Source: Candidatus Aminicenantes bacterium (GTDB lineage Bacteria; Acidobacteriota; Aminicenantia; Aminicenantales; Aminicenantaceae). Taken from it: DNA of 64,000 nucleotides. Shown one piece after another: positions 1 through 8,983 of this stretch. Location: contig JAGGYH010000018.1 of assembly GCA_021162615.1 (NCBI GenBank), forward strand, positions 8,501 to 72,500, written 5' to 3'. The translations under genes were made by a program, and so were the position numbers. Each line of letters opens with the position of its first letter. Position 1 is the first letter of the stretch. The notes under the pieces were generated by a model. That model saw nothing but the letters and a program-made list of their open reading frames with translations. It was not told the origin of the DNA and did no database searches.

Positions 1-778
1 GGATGAACACCTTTAGATCAGGGTCGAGTTTAAGAGATTGGCTTAACAAATCAGCTCCCTGAGTGCTTATGCAGGCAGCAGGGATTTTTGTGATGCCGGG
101 TTCGTAGCTCATCATCCCTGTATGGGGAAAATCATCGTTTGCTGTAGTGGGGGACCTGACCAAAGCGAAGGCCGCTCCTCTTTTGGCAGCCTCAACCGCC
201 CCTCTGACCCTGTAGGCGGCGGCTTTTCCGTAAGCCGAGAAAGTATTGAGAGTTCCCGGTTCCATTTTCACGTTAAAAAAGATGATTTTTCCCGCGGCCG
301 ATTCTTTAAGGCGTTCAAGCTCAGAAAAGTCCTTGACCTCAATGACCTGAGCGGACAGACCGTCCTCGTGTGTGGCCACACTTCCTCCGATGGCTGCTGT
401 GCTGAGAGCATGATCTCCTAGAACAGAGGATATCATAAGGGCCTCTTCCTCAGGCCCGCGGACCCAGTGCGGAACCGTGGTCGGTTCCAGGTGAACATTT
501 TTAAGACCCATTTCCATCATGATCTGCCTGGTTAATTCCACGGCAGCGGCCGCTCCCGGAGAACCGGTTAACCGGTGACCGACCGAAGTGATCTTTTCCA
601 GAATGGAATAGGAAGGAAGCTCCCTGAGTCCTTGCTCCAGCAGCCTTTGGGCGATATTCTGGTATTTTTCAATCTGGTCTGAGAGGCTGTTTTTTTGCTG
701 GGAAGAAGCGACTGAAACGATGATGAAAAGTGCCAGTCCAAGGCACCTTATTTTTAAAGCGTGTTTTCTTATAGACAT
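1..778 (-). CDS. M28-family aminopeptidase with PA domain, 5' part only (gene continues past the left window edge)
   Basis: Absent from the ORF track because no stop lies in the window. The minus-strand frame from ATG 778-776 was checked codon by codon down to position 2 with no stop. Translation begins MSIRKHALKIRCLGLALFIIVSVASSQQ (signal peptide), then ...GHRLTGSPGAAAAVELTRQIMMEMGLKNVHLEPTTVPHWVRG... and a PA-like segment GKIIFFNVKMEPG...AAYRVRGAVEAAKRGAAFALV. Same architecture as the M28/PA proteins at 54109-55608 and 30190-32823. Confidence 0.7.
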   Translation of the reverse strand, partial: MSIRKHALKIRCLGLALFIIVSVASSQQKNSLSDQIEKYQNIAQRLLEQGLRELPSYSILEKITSVGHRLTGSPGAAAAVELTRQIMMEMGLKNVHLEPTTVPHWVRGPEEEALMISSVLGDHALSTAAIGGSVATHEDGLSAQVIEVKDFSELERLKESAAGKIIFFNVKMEPGTLNTFSAYGKAAAYRVRGAVEAAKRGAAFALVRSPTTANDDFPHTGMMSYEPGITKIPAACISTQGADLLSQSLKLDPDLKVFI

Positions 779-1246
779 ATTGAGATCCTTTCATCATCCT
801 GCATTTATATGAGTTTGCAGGGATTTCATATTCAAAAATGAATATCCGCAAACATTCATGATGACCAAGAATAGAGATTAAGATTTCTGATAGGAATTGT
901 CAAAAAGAAATCTGAAAGGCAGCCCCCCCTCACTCACACCGGATCGAGTCAATAGGATTGGCAGATGCGGCCTGTTTATGCTTCGCTATCGAAGATACTT
1001 TTGTAATCAATGTACGCATGTTTTATGGCAAGTAAAGGCTTTAGGGTAAGCCGGACAAGAGGACCCTTACAGACAGGATAATTTGTTCGCTTCTGGAACA
1101 GCGGTTGTCCGATTCCGAACAGGAGTTGGATAAGTAAGTAAATAAATAAAAAAGCCAAGGAGATGATATTTGAAGTTCTTTGAAAAAAACCAAATAAAAG
1201 AGTATTATCAAAAATCATGAAGAGAAAGGATTCATTAGGAGGAATC

Positions 1247-4200
1247 ATGAAAAAAACCAGCTTCATACTTGCAGTGTGTTTGTTTTTATCTCTTTTTATA
1301 TGGGCCGGAGATGATGCCCGGATTTTAAGGTTTCCAGATGTGAATAAGGACCTTTTGGTCTTTGTTTATGCCGGTGATATCTGGTCGGTTCCCGTAAAAG
1401 GAGGCGAAGCAAAGAGGCTCACTTCGCATAAAGGATTTGAGCTGTTCCCAAAGATCTCGCCTGACGGGAAGTGGATCGCTTTTTCAGCCGAGTATTCGGG
1501 AAGCCGGCAGGTCTATGTCATGCCTTCAACCGGCGGCATTCCCAAGCAGTTGACTTTTTATAATGATGTGGGAGTGATGCCTCCCCGGGGAGGTTTTGAC
1601 TACCAGATTATGGACTGGACCCCGGACTCGAAAAAGATACTATTCAGGGGAAACAGGACTCCATGGGGCCAGAGAATGGGTAAATATTTTCTGGTGGATA
1701 GAGAGGGAGGTCTGGAAACGCCCCTTCAGATACCTGAAGCCGGAGGAGGAACTTTTTCTCCTGACGGAAAAAAGATCGTGTATACTCCCATTTCCAGGGA
1801 ATGGAGAACCTGGAAGCGCTACAAGGGAGGCAGAGCCCAGGATGTCTGGATCTATGATCTGGAAAAAGACGAATCCAGACGCTTGACCGCTTTTTCCGGA
1901 ACCGACTATCATCCCATATGGTATAAGGATAAGATCTATTTTGTTTCAGACCGGGATCTGACCCTCAATCTATATGCCTATGACTTGAACACGGACCAGA
2001 TTGAAAAAGTGACAGGTCATACTGATTATGACGTTCTTTGGCCTTCCGGTGAGGGAGGTTTTATTGCCTATGAGAACGGAGGGCAGGTATATGTCCTGGA
2101 TGCGGAGAAAGGAGAAGCCGAAAAGATCACGGTGGATGTCCACTTTGATAATCCCAATCTTCTTCCTTATTTCAAAAATGTCAAAGATGACATCAGCAGC
2201 TTTGATATTTCTCCATCAGGGAAAAGAGCTGTGTTTCAAGCCCGGGGAGAGATCTTCACGCTTCCTGCCGAAGAGGGGATCACTTATAATCTTTCAGAAA
2301 CTCCGGGACAAAGAGAGATATTCCCTGTCTGGTCTCCAGACGGACGTTATCTTGCTTTTTATTCGGATAAAACAGGGGAGTATGAGATCTATCTGATGGA
2401 TAAAGCCGATGGTAATAAGGTCATGCAGCTCACTGAGGGAAGCCGTATCTGGCGGTTTCCTCCTGTGTGGTCTCCTGACAGCACTAAGCTTCTTTTTTCT
2501 GACAAGAACCAAAAACTCCAGATTCTGGATGTTAAAACAAAAGACATCACTGTAGCGGATAAAGCCCGAAGGTTTGACATAACCGATTACAGCTGGTCTC
2601 CTGATTCTCAGTGGGTGACCTACACCAAAGACGGGGATAACGGGCAGGAAGCCGTCTGGGTCTATTCTCTCAAGAAGGCTGAATCCTATCAGCTGACAGA
2701 CGACATGTATTCCGACTTCTCCCCGGTCTTTTCAAGCTGCGGGAAATATCTTTACTTTCTTTCCAACAGGACGTTTAACCTCAGTTTTTCCAGCTTTGAA
2801 CAGGATTATCTATACAACAATGCCACCAAAATCTATGCGGCTGCCCTGAGCGAAGATACCGAACCTCTCTTCAAAGAGAAAAATGATATGGAAGAGGTTA
2901 AGAAAGGCAAGGAAAACGAGAAGGGAAAAGAAGCAGGTGAGAAAAAAGAAGAAGCCTCGCAGGTAGCCGTCGATCTTAAAGGAATAAACAACAGGATTGT
3001 TTCCTTTCCTCTTCCTGCCGGAAACTACAGAGGGCTTTATGCTGTGGAAGGCGGAGTCCTTTTCCTTAAAGACGGGAGCCTCCACTCTTTCACGGTTTCT
3101 GACAAAAAAGACCAGGTGGTCATAAGCGGAGTAAGGGGCTATGCCTGGGCTCCCAAGGCAAAGAAGATCCTTTACGCCGCGCGGGATACTTTTGGGATCA
3201 TCGGCCTCAAACCCAACCAGAAACCCGGTGACGGAAAGCTCGATTTCAAAGACATGGAAGTCAAAATCAATCCTATGATGGAATGGAAACAGATGTTTAC
3301 AGACGCCTGGCGGATTTACCGTGACTGGTTCTATGTGCAAAATCTGCATGGTGTGGACTGGCAAAAGATGAAAGAAAAATACGGACAGCTTGTGCCTTAT
3401 TTGGGGCACCGGGCTGATTTGGATTATCTCTTCGGCGAACTGGTAGGAGAGCTCAATGTTGGGCATGCTTATATAAATTGGGGCGAGTTTGACCGTCCTG
3501 AAAGAGTGGAAGGCGGCCTCCTGGGAGCTTCGTTTACGGCCGATGAAAAGGCCGGAAGGTATGTCATTTCCAAAATCTATCAGGGAGAGAATTGGAATGA
3601 GGACACCCGTTCTCCGCTGACAGAACAGGGAATTGATGTCAAAGAAGGAGATTACCTCATTGCGCTCAACGGAAACGAGGTGACCCTTAAGCATAATCCG
3701 TATCAGTTTCTGGAAAACACGGCAGGCAAGAAAATCTCCCTGGTCGTTAATTCCGAGCCTACAAAAGAAGGAGCCAGGGAATACTGGGTCAAACCCGTCA
3801 GAAGCGAGCTCGATCTTTACTATCTTGACTGGGTCCGGAGCCGAAGAGAGCTGGTGGAAAAGCTTTCAGGAGGGAAAATAGGCTACTTCCATGTCCCCAA
3901 TACATCCATGGAGGGAAACCGGGAGCTGTTCAAGGGGATGTATGCCTTTTCCGGTAAGGACGCCTTGATCATCGATGAGCGCTACAACGGCGGAGGATTC
4001 ATTCCGGATGTGATGATCGACCTTTTGGACAGAGATGTACTCAATTATTGGGCCAGACGGGGATTGAAGTTGGCTCAGACTCCTGCGATAGCCCATGACG
4101 GCCCCAAAGTCATGCTGATCAATCATTATTCCTCATCCGGCGGAGATGCTTTTCCCTATTACTTTAAGAAGCTGAACCTCGGCACCCTGGTGGGTACCCG

Positions 4201-4504
4201 CACATGGGGAGGACTGGTCGGCGTTTCCGGTAATCCCGGACTGATGGACGGGAGTTCCTTTTCCGTGCCCACTTTTGGATTTGTGAACACAGAGGGAGAA
4301 TGGGCTGTTGAAGGAATCGGCGTTGAACCGGATATTGAGGTCTATGATAGGCCTGAGCTTATTGTCAAAGGGAAAGACCCAAGCCTGGAAAAGGCTGTGG
4401 AAGTTCTGCTGGAGGAACTCAAGAAGAATCCGCCCAAGAAACCGGAAAAACCGGATGATCCGGACCGTTCAAAGTGGAACAAGAAAATCAAAAAAGAAAA
4501 GTGA
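1247..4504 (+). CDS. Tricorn-type protease homologue (beta-propellers + PDZ + S41-like C-terminal peptidase domain), secreted
   Basis: ORF track 1217-4504. I prefer ATG 1247 (AGGAGG at 1237-1242, then signal peptide MKKTSFILAVCLFLSLFIWA). Repeated propeller blades: ISPDGKWIAFSAEY, FSPDGKKIVY, ISPSGKRAVF, WSPDGRYLAF, WSPDSTKLLF, WSPDSQWVTY. C-terminal IIDERYNGGGF...SSSGGDAF...GTRTWGG. Paralogue at 35180. Confidence 0.9.
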   Translation: MKKTSFILAVCLFLSLFIWAGDDARILRFPDVNKDLLVFVYAGDIWSVPVKGGEAKRLTSHKGFELFPKISPDGKWIAFSAEYSGSRQVYVMPSTGGIPKQLTFYNDVGVMPPRGGFDYQIMDWTPDSKKILFRGNRTPWGQRMGKYFLVDREGGLETPLQIPEAGGGTFSPDGKKIVYTPISREWRTWKRYKGGRAQDVWIYDLEKDESRRLTAFSGTDYHPIWYKDKIYFVSDRDLTLNLYAYDLNTDQIEKVTGHTDYDVLWPSGEGGFIAYENGGQVYVLDAEKGEAEKITVDVHFDNPNLLPYFKNVKDDISSFDISPSGKRAVFQARGEIFTLPAEEGITYNLSETPGQREIFPVWSPDGRYLAFYSDKTGEYEIYLMDKADGNKVMQLTEGSRIWRFPPVWSPDSTKLLFSDKNQKLQILDVKTKDITVADKARRFDITDYSWSPDSQWVTYTKDGDNGQEAVWVYSLKKAESYQLTDDMYSDFSPVFSSCGKYLYFLSNRTFNLSFSSFEQDYLYNNATKIYAAALSEDTEPLFKEKNDMEEVKKGKENEKGKEAGEKKEEASQVAVDLKGINNRIVSFPLPAGNYRGLYAVEGGVLFLKDGSLHSFTVSDKKDQVVISGVRGYAWAPKAKKILYAARDTFGIIGLKPNQKPGDGKLDFKDMEVKINPMMEWKQMFTDAWRIYRDWFYVQNLHGVDWQKMKEKYGQLVPYLGHRADLDYLFGELVGELNVGHAYINWGEFDRPERVEGGLLGASFTADEKAGRYVISKIYQGENWNEDTRSPLTEQGIDVKEGDYLIALNGNEVTLKHNPYQFLENTAGKKISLVVNSEPTKEGAREYWVKPVRSELDLYYLDWVRSRRELVEKLSGGKIGYFHVPNTSMEGNRELFKGMYAFSGKDALIIDERYNGGGFIPDVMIDLLDRDVLNYWARRGLKLAQTPAIAHDGPKVMLINHYSSSGGDAFPYYFKKLNLGTLVGTRTWGGLVGVSGNPGLMDGSSFSVPTFGFVNTEGEWAVEGIGVEPDIEVYDRPELIVKGKDPSLEKAVEVLLEELKKNPPKKPEKPDDPDRSKWNKKIKKEK

Positions 4505-4576
4505 GCATCAAAAGATAATCTCCGTTTCCGGTCTATGACTTTATGATCTTCAATAGATGAGACAATGCGCATGATA

Positions 4577-4662
4577 TTAACCTGACCTATTCATAAAAAT
4601 GGCGATGTATTTATTATTCCTAGCCTCTGCAGCAACCTCGACTCGTGAATAATCCAGATTAA
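4577..4662 (+). mobile_element. MITE-like repeat, full-length copy (86 bp)
   Basis: ttaacctgacctattcat...gtgaataatccagattaa. The two ends are imperfect inverted repeats (13 of 18). Manual alignment to the reverse complement of 52645-52733 shows a handful of mismatches plus an A-run length difference. Confidence 0.75.
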
Positions 4663-4722
4663 TTTTTATTTCTTCTTGTCTAAATTAAATAATATCCTTA
4701 TACTGTGATTTTTTGGAAAAGA

Positions 4723-6915
4723 ATGAATAAAAAATATGCCGTAAGATTTCTTTTTGCGTTCTCTTTTGTTATCCTGTTTTTATGCCTGCCTGGGCCGGTT
4801 CAATCAAAAGAAGAAATACAATCAGCAGAGGCGCAGGCATATCTTATCTCCCAGAAGGAACACATTAAAATTGATGGGCACTTAACAGAGGAGCTGTGGC
4901 AAAAGGCAATACCTATCGGACCCTTGACTATGGTAGAACCGGATGAGGGGCTTCCTTCTACCATGAAGACAGAAGTTCGGGTTGCTGTAGATTCACATGC
5001 GATCTACTTCGGTATCATGTGCTTTGACAGCGAGCCGGATAGGATAGTAAGTTATACCATGCAGAGGGATGCCCAGTTACGTGGTGAAGACCATATAAAG
5101 ATCGTGCTGGATACCTTTTTAAGCGCAAGGACCGGATATATCTTCGCCATCAATCCGAACGGAGCCAGGTATGATGGCTTGATTGAGAATGAGGGAGAAG
5201 GAGAAAATTCACAATGGGACGGTATCTGGGAGGCGGCGGCAAGACGGTTTGAACAGGGCTGGAGCGCAGAAATTTTCATACCGATTAAAACTATCCGATT
5301 TGCTTCAGGATTGACACAATGGGGATTTAATGTGGAACGCAGGATTCAGCGTTTGCAGGAGACCGATCGCTGGGTGGCTCCAAATCGCAATTTTAAAGTC
5401 ACAAACGTAAGCACAGCTGGTAAATTAACCTCTATCCCCGCGTTCCAGCAAGGAAAGGGATTGACTATTCGTCCCTATGTTTTGGGAAACCGTATACAGG
5501 ACGCAACTGAAGGAAGTGCCTCCACCAATATCGAACCCGGCCTGGATATAATGAAAAATTTCGGTGGAAATGTCACAGGGCTCCTGAGCATCAACACGGA
5601 TTTCGCAGAAACCGAAGTCGATACCAGACGGATCAACCTGACCCGTTTCCCTCTTTTTTTCCCTGAAAAAAGAACTTTTTTCCTTGAAGGATCTGATATA
5701 TTTGAATTTGGACTGGGAATGGGCTTTCACCACAGCAAAGACTTGGTTCCCTTTTTCAGCCGGCGAATCGGGCTGGTAGAAGGTGAAACAGTTCCCCTAG
5801 ATGTAGCCCTGAAAGCAACTGGCAGAATCGGCAGGTTTAGCTTCGGTGTTCTCGATTCATTAATGCAGCCGGTGGATGGGCTTTCTCCAAGGGTCAATCT
5901 TTTTGCCGCAAGAGGCTTTCAAAGCATTGGGGAAGAATCTAAACTTGGTTTTCTTGTAACCGCAGGAGACCCGCTGGGAAGCAATAACAGCTGGCAGACC
6001 GGGGTGGATTTTGTTTATAAAACTTCACGGTTTAAGGGAAACAAGAGCTTTCTGGTCGGGATTTGGGGATTGTTCAACAACCTGGAGGATGCGGGAAATG
6101 ACCGTACAGCACTAGGATTTATTATTGATTATCCGAATGATCTCTGGGATATCTCCTTAAATTTTAAACGAATCGGCGAGGATTATAATCCTTCTATGGG
6201 ATTTGTTCCCTGGAGAGGTATTTACAAGGCGAACTTTAACCTCGTCTATAAGCCAAGACCGGAATGGTCCTTGGTAAGGCAAATGATGCATGAATTTTTT
6301 ACACAAGCTGTCTGGGACCTGGACGGCCATGTTTATCAATGGAGGATTTTTACCGCTCCGATCAATTGGCGGTTGGAAAGCGGAGACCGGATTGAATTCA
6401 ATATCGTTCCTAATTATGAACGAATCCCTGAAGACTTTGAGATCGCAGAAAATGTTTTTGTAAAAGCGGGCAATTACACTTGGTGGCGCTACCGCCTGGA
6501 ATTTCAATCTGCTAGCAAACGAAAAGTCATGACTCAAGTCAGCTGGTGGTTCGGCACACTCTATGATGGCAATATGGACCAGTTCCAGGTACAACTGGGA
6601 TGGAGGCCATCCCATCATTTGAACCTGGCTTTTGAGGGAGAAAGGAACTCGGGCAGTTTAAAGGGAGGCGATGTGGATATTAAGTTAGCAAGAGCCAGGA
6701 TTAATCTTTTCTTCACACCTGACCTCCAGATTCTCAGTTTCTTCCAGTATGATAACATCACAAACTCTTTAGGCATGAACTCCCGCCTGCGTTTCACACT
6801 TCGAAGCTTACTGGACATTTTTATTGTGTATAACCGCAACTGGCTGGACACCCAGGGAAGGTTTTTATCTGAATTGAATCAGTTTTTTATTAAAATCCAG
6901 TACTCCTGGCGCTGA
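4723..6915 (+). CDS. DUF5916 / CBM9-like domain protein, secreted (probable outer-membrane associated)
   Basis: ORF 4705-6915; ATG 4723 gives MNKKYAVRFLFAFSFVILFLCLPGPVQS (signal peptide). N-terminal pattern IKIDGHLTEELWQKA...TEVRVAVDSHAIYFGIMCFD...RDAQLRGEDHIKIVLDTF...GYIFAINPNGARYD...WDGIWEAAAR..GWSAEIFIP...WGFNVERR is the CBM9-like module that precedes DUF5916. Long beta-rich C-terminus ends in an aromatic-rich tail. Confidence 0.7.
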   Translation: MNKKYAVRFLFAFSFVILFLCLPGPVQSKEEIQSAEAQAYLISQKEHIKIDGHLTEELWQKAIPIGPLTMVEPDEGLPSTMKTEVRVAVDSHAIYFGIMCFDSEPDRIVSYTMQRDAQLRGEDHIKIVLDTFLSARTGYIFAINPNGARYDGLIENEGEGENSQWDGIWEAAARRFEQGWSAEIFIPIKTIRFASGLTQWGFNVERRIQRLQETDRWVAPNRNFKVTNVSTAGKLTSIPAFQQGKGLTIRPYVLGNRIQDATEGSASTNIEPGLDIMKNFGGNVTGLLSINTDFAETEVDTRRINLTRFPLFFPEKRTFFLEGSDIFEFGLGMGFHHSKDLVPFFSRRIGLVEGETVPLDVALKATGRIGRFSFGVLDSLMQPVDGLSPRVNLFAARGFQSIGEESKLGFLVTAGDPLGSNNSWQTGVDFVYKTSRFKGNKSFLVGIWGLFNNLEDAGNDRTALGFIIDYPNDLWDISLNFKRIGEDYNPSMGFVPWRGIYKANFNLVYKPRPEWSLVRQMMHEFFTQAVWDLDGHVYQWRIFTAPINWRLESGDRIEFNIVPNYERIPEDFEIAENVFVKAGNYTWWRYRLEFQSASKRKVMTQVSWWFGTLYDGNMDQFQVQLGWRPSHHLNLAFEGERNSGSLKGGDVDIKLARARINLFFTPDLQILSFFQYDNITNSLGMNSRLRFTLRSLLDIFIVYNRNWLDTQGRFLSELNQFFIKIQYSWR

Positions 6916-7346
6916 TGATTATAGGAAATAGAGGGAAGACCTTATCATGTATTTGCCCACCTGTTCTGTGTCTTCTTTCGTCTCGGTTCTGACCTTACTT
7001 TACTGTGAACATTGAAGCCTGTATGGCGCCAGCTCTTCTTCTCCGTACCATAGACTTTACAGCCCATCCTTTGGAAGGTGTAAAGGGATCTTCATCTTCA
7101 CAGCCCGTCCCCTATTTCCCAAAAGTAGTGATTTTCCCCCCAAAAAACAGAGCTCTTCTGGGTAAGGAACTGTGGAAAAGTAGGGTTAAGTTATTGATAT
7201 GATTGAAGATATCCGTGCCCGTCCCCTTCTGGTGAGAGGCGGAGACCGTTCAGCCTTACCATTTTTGTTTATAGACAAAAGCTAACAAAAGTTATATAGT
7301 ATTTCGGTTTACAAATCGATTTTTAAAATTTTTAGGAGCAAACAAA

Positions 7347-8714
7347 ATGAATATCTTGATTGGTTTGCTTCCTGCAATCGGGTTTATTTTTATTGGGCTG
7401 GTTTTTATCTCATCAGTTATTGAAAAGCAATGGAGAGCTGTTTGTGTCTCGTTGACTTTAGAAATTGTTTACACTTTATTCTGGTTTTTTCTCTATGTAA
7501 ACAAGTATCAGGTCTTCGCTCAAATTATCATCTATATCATTACTGCTCTGGTTGTTTTGTTCACAATGGCGTCCCTTATTAAATATTTTCCAGAGGAAGA
7601 TGAAAAACAATACGACATTGAACAATTTGACGAAAGAGAACATATGTTTTCCAGAAACCAATTGCAATATCACCCGGATCTTGCATCCAAATTTTATGCT
7701 GCACATCCTGAATTCAAGGAAATTGACCATAAAATTAATAATCAACCTGAATTGGGAGAAGAAGGGGGAAGATTTTATGATAAATACTTTGCAGCTATTC
7801 CCGAAGCTTCTTTCAGACTTCTTGACAGGTCACGATTCCTTGCTACAGGCACAGCAGAAAATGATATTACAAATTTGTCATTAGAAAAATTAACACAAAC
7901 AATTAAATTCATAGCAAAATTTTATGGTGCGGCCGATGTCGGAATAACAAAAATTAAACAATATCACTTATACTCTCACAGGGGCAGGCACAGTGAATAC
8001 TGGGGCCAAAAAGTAAAAACAACACACAAAACGGCTGTTGTTATTGTTACTGCTATGGACCAGGAATTATACAGATATTCATCCTCTCTTCCGGTTCTTA
8101 TGGAATCAGCTCGCAAATATGTAGAATCGGCAAAAATTGCCCATATTATTGCTGAATATCTTCGGATGTTTGGTTTTGAAAGCAGGTCTCATGTGGACGG
8201 TGAATATGAAGTTCTTTGTGTCCCCCTTTCAAGAGATGCCGGACTGGGTAATGTTGGCAGGCTTGGACTTTTTATCCATAAAAACCTGGGGCCGTGCGTA
8301 AGGTTATCTGTAGTTACGACTGAAGCAGAACTGCCGGTCTCGGTTAATAAGCCAGATGAAAGTATAGAACATTTCTGCCGGATTTGTAAAAAATGCTCAG
8401 ACAACTGCCCTACTAAGTCAATCCCATCTGATGAAAAACCGGTATCCAGAGGATTTCCCCATTGGTCAGTTCATCAGGAAACCTGTTATTCATACTGGAA
8501 AACTATTGGAACCGACTGCGGCTTTTGTATTAAAGTATGCCCTTACAATAAACCGAATACACTGCTCCATAAGTTGGCACGTTTTTACATTTCCAGAAAT
8601 CCTTTGAACCAGAGAATAGCACTGTTTATAGATGACTTTTTATATGGAAGAAAAATCAAGCTTCCTGATAAAAACCCGGACCTGTTTTCTATTGCAAAGC
8701 GAAAATATTCGTAA
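7347..8714 (+). CDS. Reductive dehalogenase (RdhA)-like Fe-S protein with fused N-terminal membrane anchor, no Tat signal
   Basis: The first ~80 aa form three hydrophobic helices (LIGLLPAIGFIFIGLVFISSVI, VCVSLTLEIVYTLFWFFLYV, IIIYIITALVVLFTMASLI). C-terminal CRICKKCSDNCP (CxxCxxCxxxCP) and C..YW...CGFCIKVCP (CxxCxxxCP). Collinear with the Tat-type paralogue at 8984-10330. Confidence 0.7.
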   Translation: MNILIGLLPAIGFIFIGLVFISSVIEKQWRAVCVSLTLEIVYTLFWFFLYVNKYQVFAQIIIYIITALVVLFTMASLIKYFPEEDEKQYDIEQFDEREHMFSRNQLQYHPDLASKFYAAHPEFKEIDHKINNQPELGEEGGRFYDKYFAAIPEASFRLLDRSRFLATGTAENDITNLSLEKLTQTIKFIAKFYGAADVGITKIKQYHLYSHRGRHSEYWGQKVKTTHKTAVVIVTAMDQELYRYSSSLPVLMESARKYVESAKIAHIIAEYLRMFGFESRSHVDGEYEVLCVPLSRDAGLGNVGRLGLFIHKNLGPCVRLSVVTTEAELPVSVNKPDESIEHFCRICKKCSDNCPTKSIPSDEKPVSRGFPHWSVHQETCYSYWKTIGTDCGFCIKVCPYNKPNTLLHKLARFYISRNPLNQRIALFIDDFLYGRKIKLPDKNPDLFSIAKRKYS

Positions 8715-8750
8715 TGTGAAATTAACCCCTTACACAGCAGGAAGAGCAAT

Positions 8751-8981
8751 TTATTTTTTGAATCTCTTGATTCCCAACAGCCACAAGGCAAGACCTGTCA
8801 AGAGACTTACAAGAAAAATAATCAATGAAATAACAAGCGCTCTTGGTTCAAGTTCTGCTTTGGAACCCAGAGCTGCTTCAGCCCAGAAAACCAGCCACAC
8901 AATCCATAAAAAGCGCAGCAGCCAGATATAAAAAGGTCTTTTTCTTATTTTTAAAATCCAGTATGAATTGTTATCTTTCAT
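8751..8981 (-). CDS. Small two-helix membrane protein, candidate RdhB-like anchor
   Basis: 76 aa. Two hydrophobic spans: FYIWLLRFLWIVWLVFWAEAAL and LVISLIIFLVSLLTGLALWLLGI. ATG 8981 lies 2 nt after the stop (8984-8986) of the upstream rdhA-like gene, on the same strand. No sequence motif was recognised; the call rests on size, topology and position. Confidence 0.45.
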   Translation of the reverse strand: MKDNNSYWILKIRKRPFYIWLLRFLWIVWLVFWAEAALGSKAELEPRALVISLIIFLVSLLTGLALWLLGIKRFKK

Positions 8982-8983
8982 GA

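Noticed and set aside
122-421. 99-aa plus-strand ORF at the left edge
   Set aside because: It lies antisense to a continuous, motif-bearing M28/PA peptidase frame (1-778, minus strand). Its translation is low-complexity with no motif.
976-1266. 96-aa minus-strand ORF overlapping the tricorn start
   Set aside because: Phe/Leu-rich translation of AT-rich leader DNA. It overlaps the RBS and start of a well-supported gene and has no RBS of its own.
2810-3694. Long antisense shadow ORFs inside well-supported genes (2810-3694, 9260-9964, 13525-14172, 23561-24196, 30482-31192, 35636-36265, 61548-62207 and shorter ones)
   Set aside because: Each is fully embedded opposite a gene with clear family motifs. 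The translations are compositionally odd and motif-free.
6916-7346. Possible cobalamin riboswitch upstream of the membrane-anchored RdhA-like gene (ggtgagaggcggagaccgttcagcc near 7240)
   Set aside because: It matches the B12-box consensus only partially and needs a gap. I could not find the other conserved elements by eye. An Infernal scan with RF00174 would settle it. The 65-aa ORF 7005-7202 in the same gap has no support.
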